Origin: Caldilineae bacterium | GTDB lineage: Bacteria > Chloroflexota > Anaerolineae > DUEN01 | Reading direction: 5' to 3' | Assembly: GCA_011176545.1 (NCBI GenBank) | Contig: DUEN01000009.1 | Location: 9,510-73,509, forward strand | Length of the DNA stretch: 64,000 bases | Shown: positions 1-10,600 of the stretch, piece after piece | Layout: each line of letters begins with the position of its first letter | Numbering within the stretch: the first letter of the stretch is position 1 | Made by a program: the position numbers and the translations under genes | Notes under the pieces: generated by a model | Databases searched by the model: none | Seen by the model: only the letters and a program-made list of their open reading frames with translations | What the model was told of the DNA's origin: nothing

Positions 1-172
1 TAGTTTTAGAAAACTCCTTGCTTCCCCCGGAAGGCCTCGGAGACGGAGGGACTTTTCACCCACCCTGATCTTCGATGGCTTGTTCTCGAAGAGCGGCCGG
101 TATATGAGCTGGCGAACACTGGCTTTTGACGGATTGGCGGCGTTCAGTCCACGTCGCACGTAGATCACCCAT

Positions 173-3100
173 GTGAGCGCATCTATGACGCGTGAATTCC
201 ATGTGATCGTCTCAACCCTTCCGGGATTCCTGGAACCCTCGCCTGCCATCGCGGCCTGTCGAGCCGGCGAATGGGGGATCCTGAACCTGGAATACGTGGA
301 AGACGATGAAAGCGCTTTGCAGGCTGCGGCGACTCTGGCCCATTACGCTAGGGGAAAGTATGGCCTCACGCTGAGCTGTCATCAAGAGGCCTTGTTGTCT
401 AGGCTCCTCGGCGAAAGCCCCGCCCGCCCTGATATGATCCTGCTGACAGGCCACGATACCCACCTGCTGCGGCAGGCGATCGAGGCGATCCATCAAAAGG
501 GCCTGCGCGTGCTCTTGGAGGTTACCGACCTGGAGCACGCTCGCCTGGGAGAGGAACTGGGTGTCGAAGGCATCGTCGCCAAGGGGTATGAGGCCGGTGG
601 CCTGGTCGGCCGGGAGACCGCCTTCGTCCTGTTGCAACACCTGTTGAACCACATCTCCCTCCCCATCTATGTACAGGGGGGGATCGGGCTGCACACGGCG
701 GCCGCCTGTTACGTCGCGGGGGCCGCGGGTGTGCTCCTGGACGCCCAACTCGCTCTGACGCGTGAATCTCGGCTGCCCGACGCGGTACGAGAGCGCATCG
801 CGGCCATGGATGGCAGCGAGACGATATGCCTCGGTAACGACCTTGGGGAGGCTTACCGGGTTTACTTCAAGCCAGGGTTGAAGGCTGTCGATGAGTTACG
901 CCGCATCGAGGAGGAACTCATCGACGCCGATCTTCCTGCCGCGGAGAAGGTGGCCGCCTGGCGGTCAGCCGTCGAAGGACGCATCGGATGGGCGGCCCCG
1001 GGGCGGCATGTGTGGCCCCTGGGACAGGATGCCGCCTTCGCCGCATCGCTGGCGCGTCGCTTCGTCACCGTATCAGGTGTCCTCAGCGCGATCCGCGAGA
1101 CCATCGAGGCCCATTGTGAGGCTGCGGCGCGGCTCCGTCCCCTTGATGAGGGTTCCCCTCTCGCTCAATCGCATGGGACCCGATATCCCATCGTGCAGGG
1201 GCCGATGACCCGGGTGAGCGACAATGCCCCGTTTGCCCTGGAGGTCGCCAGAGCGGGCGGGCTGCCCTTCCTCGCCCTCGCCCTGATGAACGGAGAGGAC
1301 GCTCTGCTGCTGCTGGAGGAGACCCGACGAACGTTAGGCCAATATCCCTGGGGCGTGGGCATCCTGGGCTTCGTCCCGCCGCAGGTGCGTCAGGAGCAAT
1401 TCGAGGCCATCCGAGCGACCCGGCCCGCCTTCGCGCTGATCGCCGGGGGGCGTCCGGACCAGGCGCGCGAGTTGGAGCAGGAGGGGATCCCTACCTATCT
1501 GCATGTGCCTTCCCCCGAGCTGCTGCGGATGTTTCTGGCCGATGGCGCCACACGGTTCGTCTTCGAAGGCCGCGAATGCGGCGGCCATGTCGGCCCTCGC
1601 TCCAGCTTCGTCCTGTGGGAGATGCTGGTCGATGTGCTGCTGGCGCATCTCTCCTCAACCAATGTCGATGCCCAGAAGTTCCACGTGTTGTTCGCTGGGG
1701 GCATCCATGACGCTCTCTCCTCCTCTATGGTGGCGGCGTTAGCTGCTCCTCTGGCTGAACGAGGGGTTCGCGTGGGCGTACTGATGGGGACCGCCTACCT
1801 CTTCACGCGAGAGGTCGTATCCACCGGCGCGATCACACCTCGGTATCAGCAGGAGGCCCTGCGCGGCACGACGACGGTGGAGCTTGAGACTGGTCTGGGG
1901 CATGTCACGCGCTGCCTTCCCACGCCATACGTGCAAACCTTCATCGAGCGGAAGCGGAGCCTGTTGCGGGAGAACATCCCCGGCGATCGCCTGCGCCAGG
2001 AGCTGGAGGCCCTGAACCTGGGGCGGTTGCGCATCGCGGCCAAGGGGATCGCACGCCATCCGAGTGATCCGGGAGATCCGAAGACGCCCAGATACGTCTC
2101 CCTGGACGAGGACGAGCAGTATCGTCAGGGGATGTACATGATCGGCCAGGTGGCCGCGCTGCGAGATCGCGTCTGCACCATCGAAGAGCTCCATCGAGAT
2201 GTTTCGGTGAAAGGCACAGAGCGGTTGACGGCTCTGGTGGCTAGGCAATACGCAGAGCGCTCTCTGGAAGCCGCTGAGCCGGCCTCCCCGCGGCCCTCCC
2301 GCATCGCCATCATCGGCATGGCCTGCATTTTGCCGGGCGCGACCAACTTGCAAGCCTATTGGGAGAACATCCTGAACAAGGTGGACGCTATCACGGAGAT
2401 TCCTCCCGATCGCTTCGATTGGAGGCGCTATTTCGATCCGGATCGCCACGCGCGCGATAAGATCTACTCCCGATGGGGTGGCTTCATCGATGAGATCCCG
2501 TTCAACCCCCTCGATTATGGCATGCCCCCCAGCTCGATCCCCTCGATCGAACCAGCGCAGCTGTTGATGTTGGAGGTGGTTCGGGCAGCGCTGGCGGACG
2601 CCGGTTACCTGGAACGCCCCTTCCCGCGCGAGCGCACCGGCGTCATCGTCGCCGCGGGCGGCGGCCTGGGCGATCTGGGCTTCCTTTATTGTTTCCGTTC
2701 CTTCCTCCCCCACTTCCTGGACTCATCAAGGGAGGTCATCGAGCGGCTCAAGGAGATGTTACCCGAGTGGACCGAGGATTCCTTCCCTGGGATCCTGCTC
2801 AATGTGCTGGCCGGCCGCATCGCCAACCGCTTTGATCTGGGCGGCCCGAATTATGTAGTCGATGCGGCTTGTGGTTCTTCCCTGGCCGCCGTGGATGCCG
2901 CGGTGAAGGACTTGGAGACCCACCGCGTCGATATGGCTATCGTCGGCGCGGCCGATACCGTCCAGAGCCCGTTCGCCTTCCTGGCCTTCAGCAAAACCCA
3001 GGCTTTGTCACCCAGCGGGCGTAGTCGCCCCTTTGATGCGAACGCCGACGGCATCGCTATCAGCGAGGGGATCGCCGTCGTCATCCTCAAGCGGTTAGAG

Positions 3101-6100
3101 GATGCGGAGCGGGATGGCGATCGCATCTATGCCGTGATCCAGGGGATCGGAGCCTCCAGCGATGGTAGGGATCGAGGGTTAACCGCGCCGCGCCCTGCGG
3201 GACAGCTCCGGGCGTTGCGGCGTGCCTATACCAAGGCGGGTATCTCCCCCGCCACCGTCGGCCTCGTCGAGGCGCATGGGACGGGCACCCGGGTAGGGGA
3301 CGTGGTCGAGGTCGAGGCGCTGAATGCCCTGTTCCAGGAAGCTCAGTCCTTCCCTCGCAGTTGCGCCATCGGCTCCGTGAAGTCGATGATCGGCCACACG
3401 AAGAGCACCGCGGGGCTAGCCGGGTTGATCAAGACGGCCCTGGCGCTATATCACAAGATACTTCCCCCGACGCTGGTGGACGAGGTGAATCCCGATCTCT
3501 GCCACGAGGGTAGCCCCTTCTACGTGAACACCGCGCCGCGGCCTTGGCTGGTCGCTGGCGATGAGGTCCCACGGCGGGCCGGTGTCAGCGCCTTCGGCTT
3601 CGGCGGCACCAACTTCCACGCCGTGTTGGAGGAATACAGGGACGCCTACGGGTCCGAACTGGCCTGTCTCCAAACCTGGCCGGCCGAGCTGTTCATCCTG
3701 AGCGCCTCGGATCAGGAGGCGTTGCAGGCGGAGGTGGATCGCCTGATCGCCTGGCTGGCCGAGGGGAATGAGCCTCCCCTGCGAGACTTGGCGTACACGC
3801 TGTACACCCGATATCGCCAGATGTCCGACGCCGAGGGTGATGAAGGAGAATGGTGGACGGCGGCCGTTGTTGCGACGTCTCTGGCGGATCTACAGGAGAA
3901 GCTGGCCCAGCTCCAGGAGAGGATGCGCGCTGGTGAGGCGCAAGTCTGGGATGCGCGAGGCATCTATTTCTCACGGGAGCCGCTGGGCCGAGGGGGCAAA
4001 CGGGCCTTCCTGTTCCCCGGGCAGGGATCTCAATATCTCAACATGTTGCGCGATCTGGTCATGCAGTTCCCGCGGACGCGTGAGGCGTTTGAGGAGGCCA
4101 ATAGGGCGCTGGCGGGCCAATTCCCCAAACCCCTCAGCGATTACATCTTCCCGCCTCCCGCCTGCCGCCGCGACGAGTTGGAGGCTCAGCAGCAGGCCCT
4201 CACGGACACGCGCGTGGCCCAGCCCGCGTTGGGCGCGGCCGACCTGGCCGTCGCCGACCTGCTGCGGGAGATGGGGGTCTGCCCGGACTTCGTGGCTGGC
4301 CATAGCTACGGGGAGATCGTGGCGCTGTGTTGGGCCGGCGTGTTCGATCGCTATGATCTGTTCGCTATCTCCGAGGCTCGCGGGCGCTTCATGGCCGAGG
4401 CGACGGGGCTGGATTCCGGTGCTATGGCGGCCGTGTGGGCCGGCCGAGACGAGGTGGCCACGGCCATGGGCGGGATCGAAGGGGTGACCCTGGCCAATAT
4501 GAACTCGCCCAGACAGACGGTGATCTCCGGCGCCACGTCCGCCGTGGAGGAGGCGATGCGCCGCTTGGAGGCCCTGGGCATCCGGGCACGACGGTTGCCC
4601 GTCGCCTGCGCCTTCCACTCGCCATTGGTGGAACCAGCCCGGGATCGGCTGGCCCGATTCCTGCGCTCTGTGACCTTCCACGCGCCCCGTATCGCCGTCT
4701 TTTCAAACACCCTCGGCGATCTTTACCCCAATGAGCCGGAACACATACGCGAGATCCTGTCCCAACATCTGGCCCGTCCTGTGGAATTTCAGCAGGAGAT
4801 CGAGGCCATGTATGAGATGGGGGCCCGCGTCTTTATCGAGGCAGGCCCACGCGATATCCTGAGCGGGCTAGTGCGCCAGATCCTGGAGGGCCGGCCGCAT
4901 TTGGCCGTGGCCATCGATACCCGGGGGCCGGGATTGCTGTCGCTGCAGAAGGCGTTAGGGCAACTGATCGCCGCCGGGATCGACGTGCGTCTGGATCCCC
5001 TCTTCGAGGGTCGACGGGTGGCGCGACTGGACCTCGCCCGCCCATACGAGTCCCCGGAGCGGGCTCGCTATGGGCCTACCACCTGGCTTGTCAACGGCGG
5101 CCGCGCCCGTCCGTGGCGTGATGGCGAAGGAGGCGAATCGAGGCCAGCCGTGCAGCCATTGCAGGTCCGGCTTGTCGGCGAGGCTCCATCCTCATCCGAT
5201 CAGCCCGCGGCGCGACGGGAGGCGACGGAGACTTCTCCGGCCCAGGGCGACGTGCCCGCGGAAGGCCCGATTCCCGTCAACCCAGCTTCATCGACCTCAG
5301 CCCCGTCGGAGGTGGCCCCTGCTGATGGCGGCCAGACCGCATCGGTCGATGACGAAGTGGCCGGCGTGATGCTGCAGTATCAGCAACTGATGGGGCGCTT
5401 CCTGGAGATGCAGCAGAACATCATGTTGACGTATCTGGGAGATGCCTCGGCGGAAGGGGCGGGTTCGGCTCCTCCGATCCCCGATATCTCCGAGCGGCCG
5501 CCGGAGCTCGCGTCGGAAGGACCATCGCCCAAGCCCTCTTCGGCGCCGGAGAAGCAAGTGAAGGCGGCGTCGGAGCCCGAAGAGAGCAAGGGAACCGGGG
5601 CTCCCACGGCATCAGCGTTGGACGAGCCCTCGCTGGCGGAGATGCTCCTGACGTTGGTCAGCGAACGTACGGGCTATCCCAAGGAGATGCTGGACCTGGA
5701 CGCGAACCTGGAGGCAGACCTGGGCATCGACTCGATCAAGCGGGTGGAGATCCTGGGGGCGTTGCGCCAGCGCCATAGCGCCCTGGAGGAGCGGATCACC
5801 GGGCCTGTCATGGAGCGGCTTCAGGCGCAGCAGACCCTGCGCGGGATCATCGAAGCGGTCATGGCCGAGGCGCTATCGGCGTCCAAAGGAGCGACGGCTC
5901 AAAGTCAGCGCGCTCCGGGGAATGATCATAGCCTGGAGAACTCGGAGCGGCCCATAACGGCCTCCGCGGAGGGGGCAGCGCCCATCTCACGCTATATCTT
6001 AAGACCAGTGGAGGTGCCTCCAGCGGAGGCCGAGGCCGCGTTGGCGCCGGATCGTGTGATCCTGATCACCGACGATGGGAGAGGGATCGCTGGGGAGGTC

Positions 6101-7612
6101 GCTGGATTATTGCGTCAGCGCGGCCATCGTGCCGTGTTGATCGCCAATACCCCGGGTGCGGCGCGCGAGGCCGGTGATCAATATATGGCGGATCTCACCA
6201 GCCCGGAAAGGGTGCAGGCCCTGCTAGCCGAGATCCGTCAGGCTCATGGCCCGATCGGCGGCCTGCTGCATCTGGCGCCGTTGAAGGGAGCGCGCGCCTT
6301 TGATGATCTTGACCTGGCGAGCTGGCGGGCGGCGCTCCAAGGGGATTTGGTCTCCCTGTTCCTACTGATTCAAGGGCTCCACGATGATCTTGTGGCTGCG
6401 GCCCAGGCTGGGGGCGCCTGTCTGTTGGCGGCTACCGGCATGGGCGGCACCTTCGCCAGTGGCGGTCACGACCGGGGCATCGGCTTCTTCCCCGGGGATG
6501 GCGGCATCGCCGGCCTGATGAAGACGGCCGCTCACGAACTGCTCGCCGTCCGGGTCAAGGTGATCGACTTCAAGCCTGGAGACGATCACGCCGCCGTTGC
6601 CCAGGCCGTCCTGCATGAGCTTTTCGCCGGAGATGGGCTAGTGGAGGTGGGGTATGATGGCGCGTTGCGTCGGATCTTACAGCCGGTGTTGGCGCCGGTA
6701 GACGATGCCACCCCCAGCCTTGAGCTCGATCCCCAATCGGTGGTCCTGATCACCGGCGGCGCGCGGGGGATCACGGCGATGGTGGCACGGGAGTTGGCCG
6801 CCCGGTATCAGCCGACCTTGATCCTGGTTGGGCGCTCGCCCCTGCCGCCAGCGGAGGAGTCGCCGACCACGGCCGGGCTAACCACCGCGCGGGAGATCAA
6901 GGCGGCCCTGATCAAATCACTGGGTGGCGATGGCCGCAAAGTGCCGCTGGCCGAGGTCGAGGCAGCCTACGCGCGGCTCCTGCGGGAGCGCGAGATACGA
7001 GCGAACCTGGAGGCGTTGAGGGAGGCCGGATCACATGTCGAGTATCACCCAGTGGACGTGCGGGACGAGGAGGCGTTCAGCAGGCTCATCGATGACATCT
7101 ACCGCCGGTTCGGCCGCCTGGACGGCGTCATTCATGGCGCCGGGTTGATCGAGGACAAGTTGATCAAGGATAAGCCCGTGGCATCGTTCCGGAGGGTGCT
7201 CAGCACGAAGGTGGACGCAGCCTTCACCTTAAGTCGCAAGCTGCGCCCGGAGACGTTGAAGTTCCTGGCCTTCTTCTCCTCGGTCAGCGGGCGATTTGGC
7301 AATCGTGGACAGGGCGATTACGCGGCGGCCAACGAGATCCTGAACAAACTGGCTGTCTATCTGGACCAGCGCTGGCCCGCCCGCGTGATGGCGATCAACT
7401 GGGGGCCATGGGAGGGGCCGGGGATGGTGTCGGAGGCGTTGCGGCGGGAATTCGCCCGTCGCGGCGTTGACCTGATCCCACCTGAGGTGGGGGTGCGAAG
7501 GTTCATCGAGGAACTTCGCTATGGCCGTAAGGGCGAGGCCGAGGTGCTGGTCTGTGGCGAGGGCACTCTAGCGATGATCAAAACGTCCGTGAGAGAGGCG
7601 AGCGGTGCATGA
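173..7612 (+). CDS. Giant iterative type I PKS / PUFA-synthase-like protein: NMO-like, PfaD-like ER, KS, AT, ACP, KR
   Basis: 2479-aa ORF. ER motifs (nitronate monooxygenase / PfaD type): YPIVQGPMTRVSD and FEGRECGGHVG. KS Cys-His-His: DAACGSSL, EAHGTGT, GSVKSMIGHT. AT: FPGQGSQ, GHSYGE, AFHS. ACP: LGIDSIKRVE. KR: ITGGARGIT, YAAAN. Start may be GTG 173 or ATG 185. Confidence 0.9.
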   Translation: MSASMTREFHVIVSTLPGFLEPSPAIAACRAGEWGILNLEYVEDDESALQAAATLAHYARGKYGLTLSCHQEALLSRLLGESPARPDMILLTGHDTHLLRQAIEAIHQKGLRVLLEVTDLEHARLGEELGVEGIVAKGYEAGGLVGRETAFVLLQHLLNHISLPIYVQGGIGLHTAAACYVAGAAGVLLDAQLALTRESRLPDAVRERIAAMDGSETICLGNDLGEAYRVYFKPGLKAVDELRRIEEELIDADLPAAEKVAAWRSAVEGRIGWAAPGRHVWPLGQDAAFAASLARRFVTVSGVLSAIRETIEAHCEAAARLRPLDEGSPLAQSHGTRYPIVQGPMTRVSDNAPFALEVARAGGLPFLALALMNGEDALLLLEETRRTLGQYPWGVGILGFVPPQVRQEQFEAIRATRPAFALIAGGRPDQARELEQEGIPTYLHVPSPELLRMFLADGATRFVFEGRECGGHVGPRSSFVLWEMLVDVLLAHLSSTNVDAQKFHVLFAGGIHDALSSSMVAALAAPLAERGVRVGVLMGTAYLFTREVVSTGAITPRYQQEALRGTTTVELETGLGHVTRCLPTPYVQTFIERKRSLLRENIPGDRLRQELEALNLGRLRIAAKGIARHPSDPGDPKTPRYVSLDEDEQYRQGMYMIGQVAALRDRVCTIEELHRDVSVKGTERLTALVARQYAERSLEAAEPASPRPSRIAIIGMACILPGATNLQAYWENILNKVDAITEIPPDRFDWRRYFDPDRHARDKIYSRWGGFIDEIPFNPLDYGMPPSSIPSIEPAQLLMLEVVRAALADAGYLERPFPRERTGVIVAAGGGLGDLGFLYCFRSFLPHFLDSSREVIERLKEMLPEWTEDSFPGILLNVLAGRIANRFDLGGPNYVVDAACGSSLAAVDAAVKDLETHRVDMAIVGAADTVQSPFAFLAFSKTQALSPSGRSRPFDANADGIAISEGIAVVILKRLEDAERDGDRIYAVIQGIGASSDGRDRGLTAPRPAGQLRALRRAYTKAGISPATVGLVEAHGTGTRVGDVVEVEALNALFQEAQSFPRSCAIGSVKSMIGHTKSTAGLAGLIKTALALYHKILPPTLVDEVNPDLCHEGSPFYVNTAPRPWLVAGDEVPRRAGVSAFGFGGTNFHAVLEEYRDAYGSELACLQTWPAELFILSASDQEALQAEVDRLIAWLAEGNEPPLRDLAYTLYTRYRQMSDAEGDEGEWWTAAVVATSLADLQEKLAQLQERMRAGEAQVWDARGIYFSREPLGRGGKRAFLFPGQGSQYLNMLRDLVMQFPRTREAFEEANRALAGQFPKPLSDYIFPPPACRRDELEAQQQALTDTRVAQPALGAADLAVADLLREMGVCPDFVAGHSYGEIVALCWAGVFDRYDLFAISEARGRFMAEATGLDSGAMAAVWAGRDEVATAMGGIEGVTLANMNSPRQTVISGATSAVEEAMRRLEALGIRARRLPVACAFHSPLVEPARDRLARFLRSVTFHAPRIAVFSNTLGDLYPNEPEHIREILSQHLARPVEFQQEIEAMYEMGARVFIEAGPRDILSGLVRQILEGRPHLAVAIDTRGPGLLSLQKALGQLIAAGIDVRLDPLFEGRRVARLDLARPYESPERARYGPTTWLVNGGRARPWRDGEGGESRPAVQPLQVRLVGEAPSSSDQPAARREATETSPAQGDVPAEGPIPVNPASSTSAPSEVAPADGGQTASVDDEVAGVMLQYQQLMGRFLEMQQNIMLTYLGDASAEGAGSAPPIPDISERPPELASEGPSPKPSSAPEKQVKAASEPEESKGTGAPTASALDEPSLAEMLLTLVSERTGYPKEMLDLDANLEADLGIDSIKRVEILGALRQRHSALEERITGPVMERLQAQQTLRGIIEAVMAEALSASKGATAQSQRAPGNDHSLENSERPITASAEGAAPISRYILRPVEVPPAEAEAALAPDRVILITDDGRGIAGEVAGLLRQRGHRAVLIANTPGAAREAGDQYMADLTSPERVQALLAEIRQAHGPIGGLLHLAPLKGARAFDDLDLASWRAALQGDLVSLFLLIQGLHDDLVAAAQAGGACLLAATGMGGTFASGGHDRGIGFFPGDGGIAGLMKTAAHELLAVRVKVIDFKPGDDHAAVAQAVLHELFAGDGLVEVGYDGALRRILQPVLAPVDDATPSLELDPQSVVLITGGARGITAMVARELAARYQPTLILVGRSPLPPAEESPTTAGLTTAREIKAALIKSLGGDGRKVPLAEVEAAYARLLREREIRANLEALREAGSHVEYHPVDVRDEEAFSRLIDDIYRRFGRLDGVIHGAGLIEDKLIKDKPVASFRRVLSTKVDAAFTLSRKLRPETLKFLAFFSSVSGRFGNRGQGDYAAANEILNKLAVYLDQRWPARVMAINWGPWEGPGMVSEALRREFARRGVDLIPPEVGVRRFIEELRYGRKGEAEVLVCGEGTLAMIKTSVREASGA
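194..1102 (+). other. N-terminal NMO/TIM-barrel-like domain 1 (degenerate ER-like)
   Basis: IVAKGYEAGGLVG and PIYVQGGIG motifs resemble the FMN-binding nitronate monooxygenase fold. It lies upstream of a second, better-conserved copy. Confidence 0.55.
1175..2242 (+). other. PfaD-like enoyl reductase (NMO family) domain
   Basis: YPIVQGPMTRVSDNAPFALEVARAGGLPFLAL, WGVGILGF, FVFEGRECGGHVGP, LFAGGIHD, GVLMGTAYLFT. Confidence 0.8.
2300..3637 (+). other. Ketosynthase domain (PKS1)
   Basis: IAIIGMACILPGA start, active-site DAACGSSL, HGTGT and GHT motifs, GFGGTNFHAVLEE end. Confidence 0.9.
3995..4912 (+). other. Acyltransferase domain (PKS1), malonyl-type by motif
   Basis: FLFPGQGSQYLNM, GHSYGE, ACAFHSPLV. 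Confidence 0.85.
5630..5872 (+). other. ACP domain (PKS1)
   Basis: LEADLGIDSIKRVEILGA; phosphopantetheine Ser codon at 5732-5734. Flanked by Pro/Ser/Ala/Glu-rich linkers. Confidence 0.85.
5990..7609 (+). other. Ketoreductase didomain (structural plus catalytic subdomain)
   Basis: VILITDDGRGIAGEVA (pseudo-Rossmann), then VVLITGGARGITAMVARELA, HGAGL, GQGDYAAANEILNKLA. Confidence 0.8.
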
Positions 7613-7621
7613 GAGGTGGGC

Positions 7622-10600
7622 ATGACGGTCAAGGGTAAAGGCGACGTCGCCATCATCGGGATGGCCTGCATGTTCCCAGGGGCTCCCGATCTGCAGACGT
7701 ATTGGCATAACATCTTGCATAAGGTCGACGCGGTGACGGATCCGCCCCCGGAAGCTTGGGATTCGGACGTGTTCTATGATCCCGCCTCCGATGCCCCGGA
7801 CAGGGTCTATTGCAAGCGGGGAGGCTATTTGGGGCCTCTGGCGAAGTTCAACCCCCTGGACTATGGGATCATGCCGGCCGGCCTGGACGGCGGTGAGCCG
7901 GATCAATGGCTGGCGTTGAAGGTCGCCCACGACGCCCTGGCCGACGCTGGCTATCTGGAGCGGTTGAGGGAGCATCCGGAGGAGCGCCATCGCACCGCCG
8001 TGATCCTGGGAAAGGGGACTTACCTGAACCGGGGCAACCTCAACATGGTCCAGCATAGCCTGATAGTTGAGCAGACCCTACAGATCTTGCAGACGTTGCA
8101 CCCCGAATATAGCCGGGAGGATCTGGAGCGGATCCGGGACGAGCTGCGGCGGGGCCTTCCGCCTTTCAACGCCGAGACCGCGCCAGGATTGGTCCCCAAT
8201 ATCACCGCCGGCCGTATCGCCAACCGCCTGGATCTCATGGGGCCTTCGTATACGGTGGATGCGGCCTGCGCGTCCTCGCTCATCGCCGTGGAGATCGCCA
8301 TGCGGGAGTTGCTCACGGGGAGGTGTGACCTGGCTTTGGTCGGCGGCGCTCAGGTCACCACGCCGATTCCGATCCTGAGCCTGTTCTGCCAGCTCGGCGC
8401 GCTCTCCCGCCGTCAGGAGATCCGCCCCTTCGATAAGAACGCGGACGGCACGATCCTGGGCGAAGGCATCGGGATCATTGTGCTGAAACGCCGCGAGGAT
8501 GCGGAGCGCGATGGCGATCGCATCTATGCCTTCATCAAGGGGGTAGGGACTGCCAGCGATGGCCGAGGCATGAGTGTACTTACCCCGCGCGTCGAGGGCG
8601 AGGTCCTGGCGTTACGTCGGGCTTATGAGGACGCTGGGGTCCCACCGGATACCATCGAGCTGATCGAGGCCCATGGGACGGGCACGCCAGTGGGAGATCA
8701 GGCGGAGATCCAGGCATTGCGAGAGGTCTTCGGCGAGCGGGATGGGCATCCCCCGCGTTGCGCGCTGGGCTCGGTGAAGTCGATGATCGGGCACACGATG
8801 CCGGCCGCGGGGATCGCCGGGATCATCAAGGTGGCCCTGGCCTTATATTACAAAGTCCTGCCGCCCACGATCCACTGCGATGAGCCTCATCCCAAGTTGG
8901 AGTTGGAGAAGACGGTCTTCTATATCAATCGGGAGGCCCGTCCCTGGATCCACGGTGTTCAGGATATACCCCGGCGGGCTGGGGTGAACGCCTTCGGCTT
9001 CGGCGGCATCAACGCCCACGTGGTCATGGAGGAGGCCCCGGAGGCGATCTTGCCCGGCCCCATGCGTCGCTGGGAAAGCGAGGTCGTGATCCTGGCGGCT
9101 GGCTCGCGGCCAGAGCTGATCGAGAGGGCGCGCTCGGTGAGCGCGTACGTTGAGGCCGTGTCGGATGTGTCTCTCCTGGATCTGGCGTATACCCTCAACT
9201 CCCAGATCAACGGTCAACCCTTCCGGCTGGCGGTGGTCGCCGAGTCCCCTGAGGACCTGCTCCAGAAGCTCGCCCGGGCCATCGCCCGTCTGGAGAGGCC
9301 TCAGACCCGCCAGATCAAGGAGGTGAGCGGGATCTACTTCTTCGAGGAGCCGCTTTATCCGGAGGGCAAGCTCGCCTTCCTCTTCCCCGGCGAAGGATCC
9401 CAATATCCCAACATGTTAGCCGACCTGTGCCTGCATTTTCCGGAGGTACGCGCCTGCTTCGATCGAATTGACCGCCTCTTTGCCGATCACCCGCGCGGTT
9501 ATCGGCCCAGCGATTTCATCTTCCCTCGCTCCGTGGGCCCTGGGGAGGAAGATCTAAGCCGGCATTTGTGGGAGATCGACGGTGCGATTGAGGCCGTGCT
9601 CACCGCGAACTCGGCCTTGTTCACTCTGCTCAGCGAACTGGGGTTGCGAGCGGACGCCATGGTCGGCCATAGCACCGGGGAATACTCGGCCATGCTGGCG
9701 GCCGGGGCCATCCCAGTGAACGAGGATGAGTTCGTCGGCCGCTATCTGGCCACCCTCAACCGTATGTATGAGGAGGTCACCGCGGAGGCCCATATCCCTC
9801 AGGCGATGATGATCGCCGTGGGCGCGGGGCTGGATCGGGTCCTGCCCATCATCGAACAGGTCGAGGGCGAGATCTACGTGGGCATGGATAACTGTCCCCA
9901 TCAGTCGGTGATCGTGGGGGAGAGAGCCGCCGTGGAGTCCGCCATGGCGATCATGAAGGATCAGGGCTTGATCTATGAGGCGCTGCCGTTTGAGCGGGCC
10001 TATCATACGCCGCTGTTTGCCCCTTACATGCAGCTCTTCCGGGACTTTTACGATCAATTGCCCCTGGCCGTGCCCAAAGTACGGCTTTACTCGTGCGTGA
10101 CCGCCGCGGCCGTCGATGGCGATGTGGCCGAGATCCGCAGGCTGGCCGTAGAGACCTGGGCTCATCGAGTGCGCTTCCGGGAGACCATCCAGGCCATGTA
10201 TGAGGATGGCATTCGCATCTTCGTGGAGGTGGGTGCCCGCGGCAATCTGACCGCCTTCGTAGGGGATATCCTGCGCGGCAAACCCCACTTGGCGATCCCG
10301 GCCAACCTTCAGCAGCGTTCCGGCATCACGCAGCTTAACCACTTGATCGCCCAGCTTAGCGCGCAGGGCGTGCCCATGGAGTTCGATCCCCTTTACCGTC
10401 GGCGCGCCCCCCGGCGACTGGAGTTAAGCGCGGCCGAGATCGCCGAAGCCCGAAAGAAATCCATTGGCGTGATGAAGCTGGCCACCGGTTGGGCCAGTAT
10501 GAGCCTCTCACCGGAGGTGGCCGCTGACGTTCGCCGCCACGTTGCCCCGTCCTCACCCCGAGAGCGCGAGGAAGGCCCCTCACAGCCTGAAGTATACGGG

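Noticed and set aside
80-106. Possible promoter for the PKS operon (TTGTTC-15-TATATG).
   Set aside because: The 15-nt spacer and weak hexamers are not convincing. The true promoter may lie upstream of the window.
1739-2713. Long antisense or alternative-frame ORFs inside large genes. Examples: 1739-2713(-), 9554-10342(-), 12146-13228(-), 29219-30061(-), 35445-36434(-), 39617-40156(+), 41979-42797(+), 44757-45578(+), 46526-47677(+), 47729-48451(+).
   Set aside because: They are typical high-GC artefacts. The translations are Arg/Pro/Gly-rich and carry no recognisable motifs. Each lies fully inside an ORF on the other strand or frame that has clear family motifs, signal peptides or an RBS.
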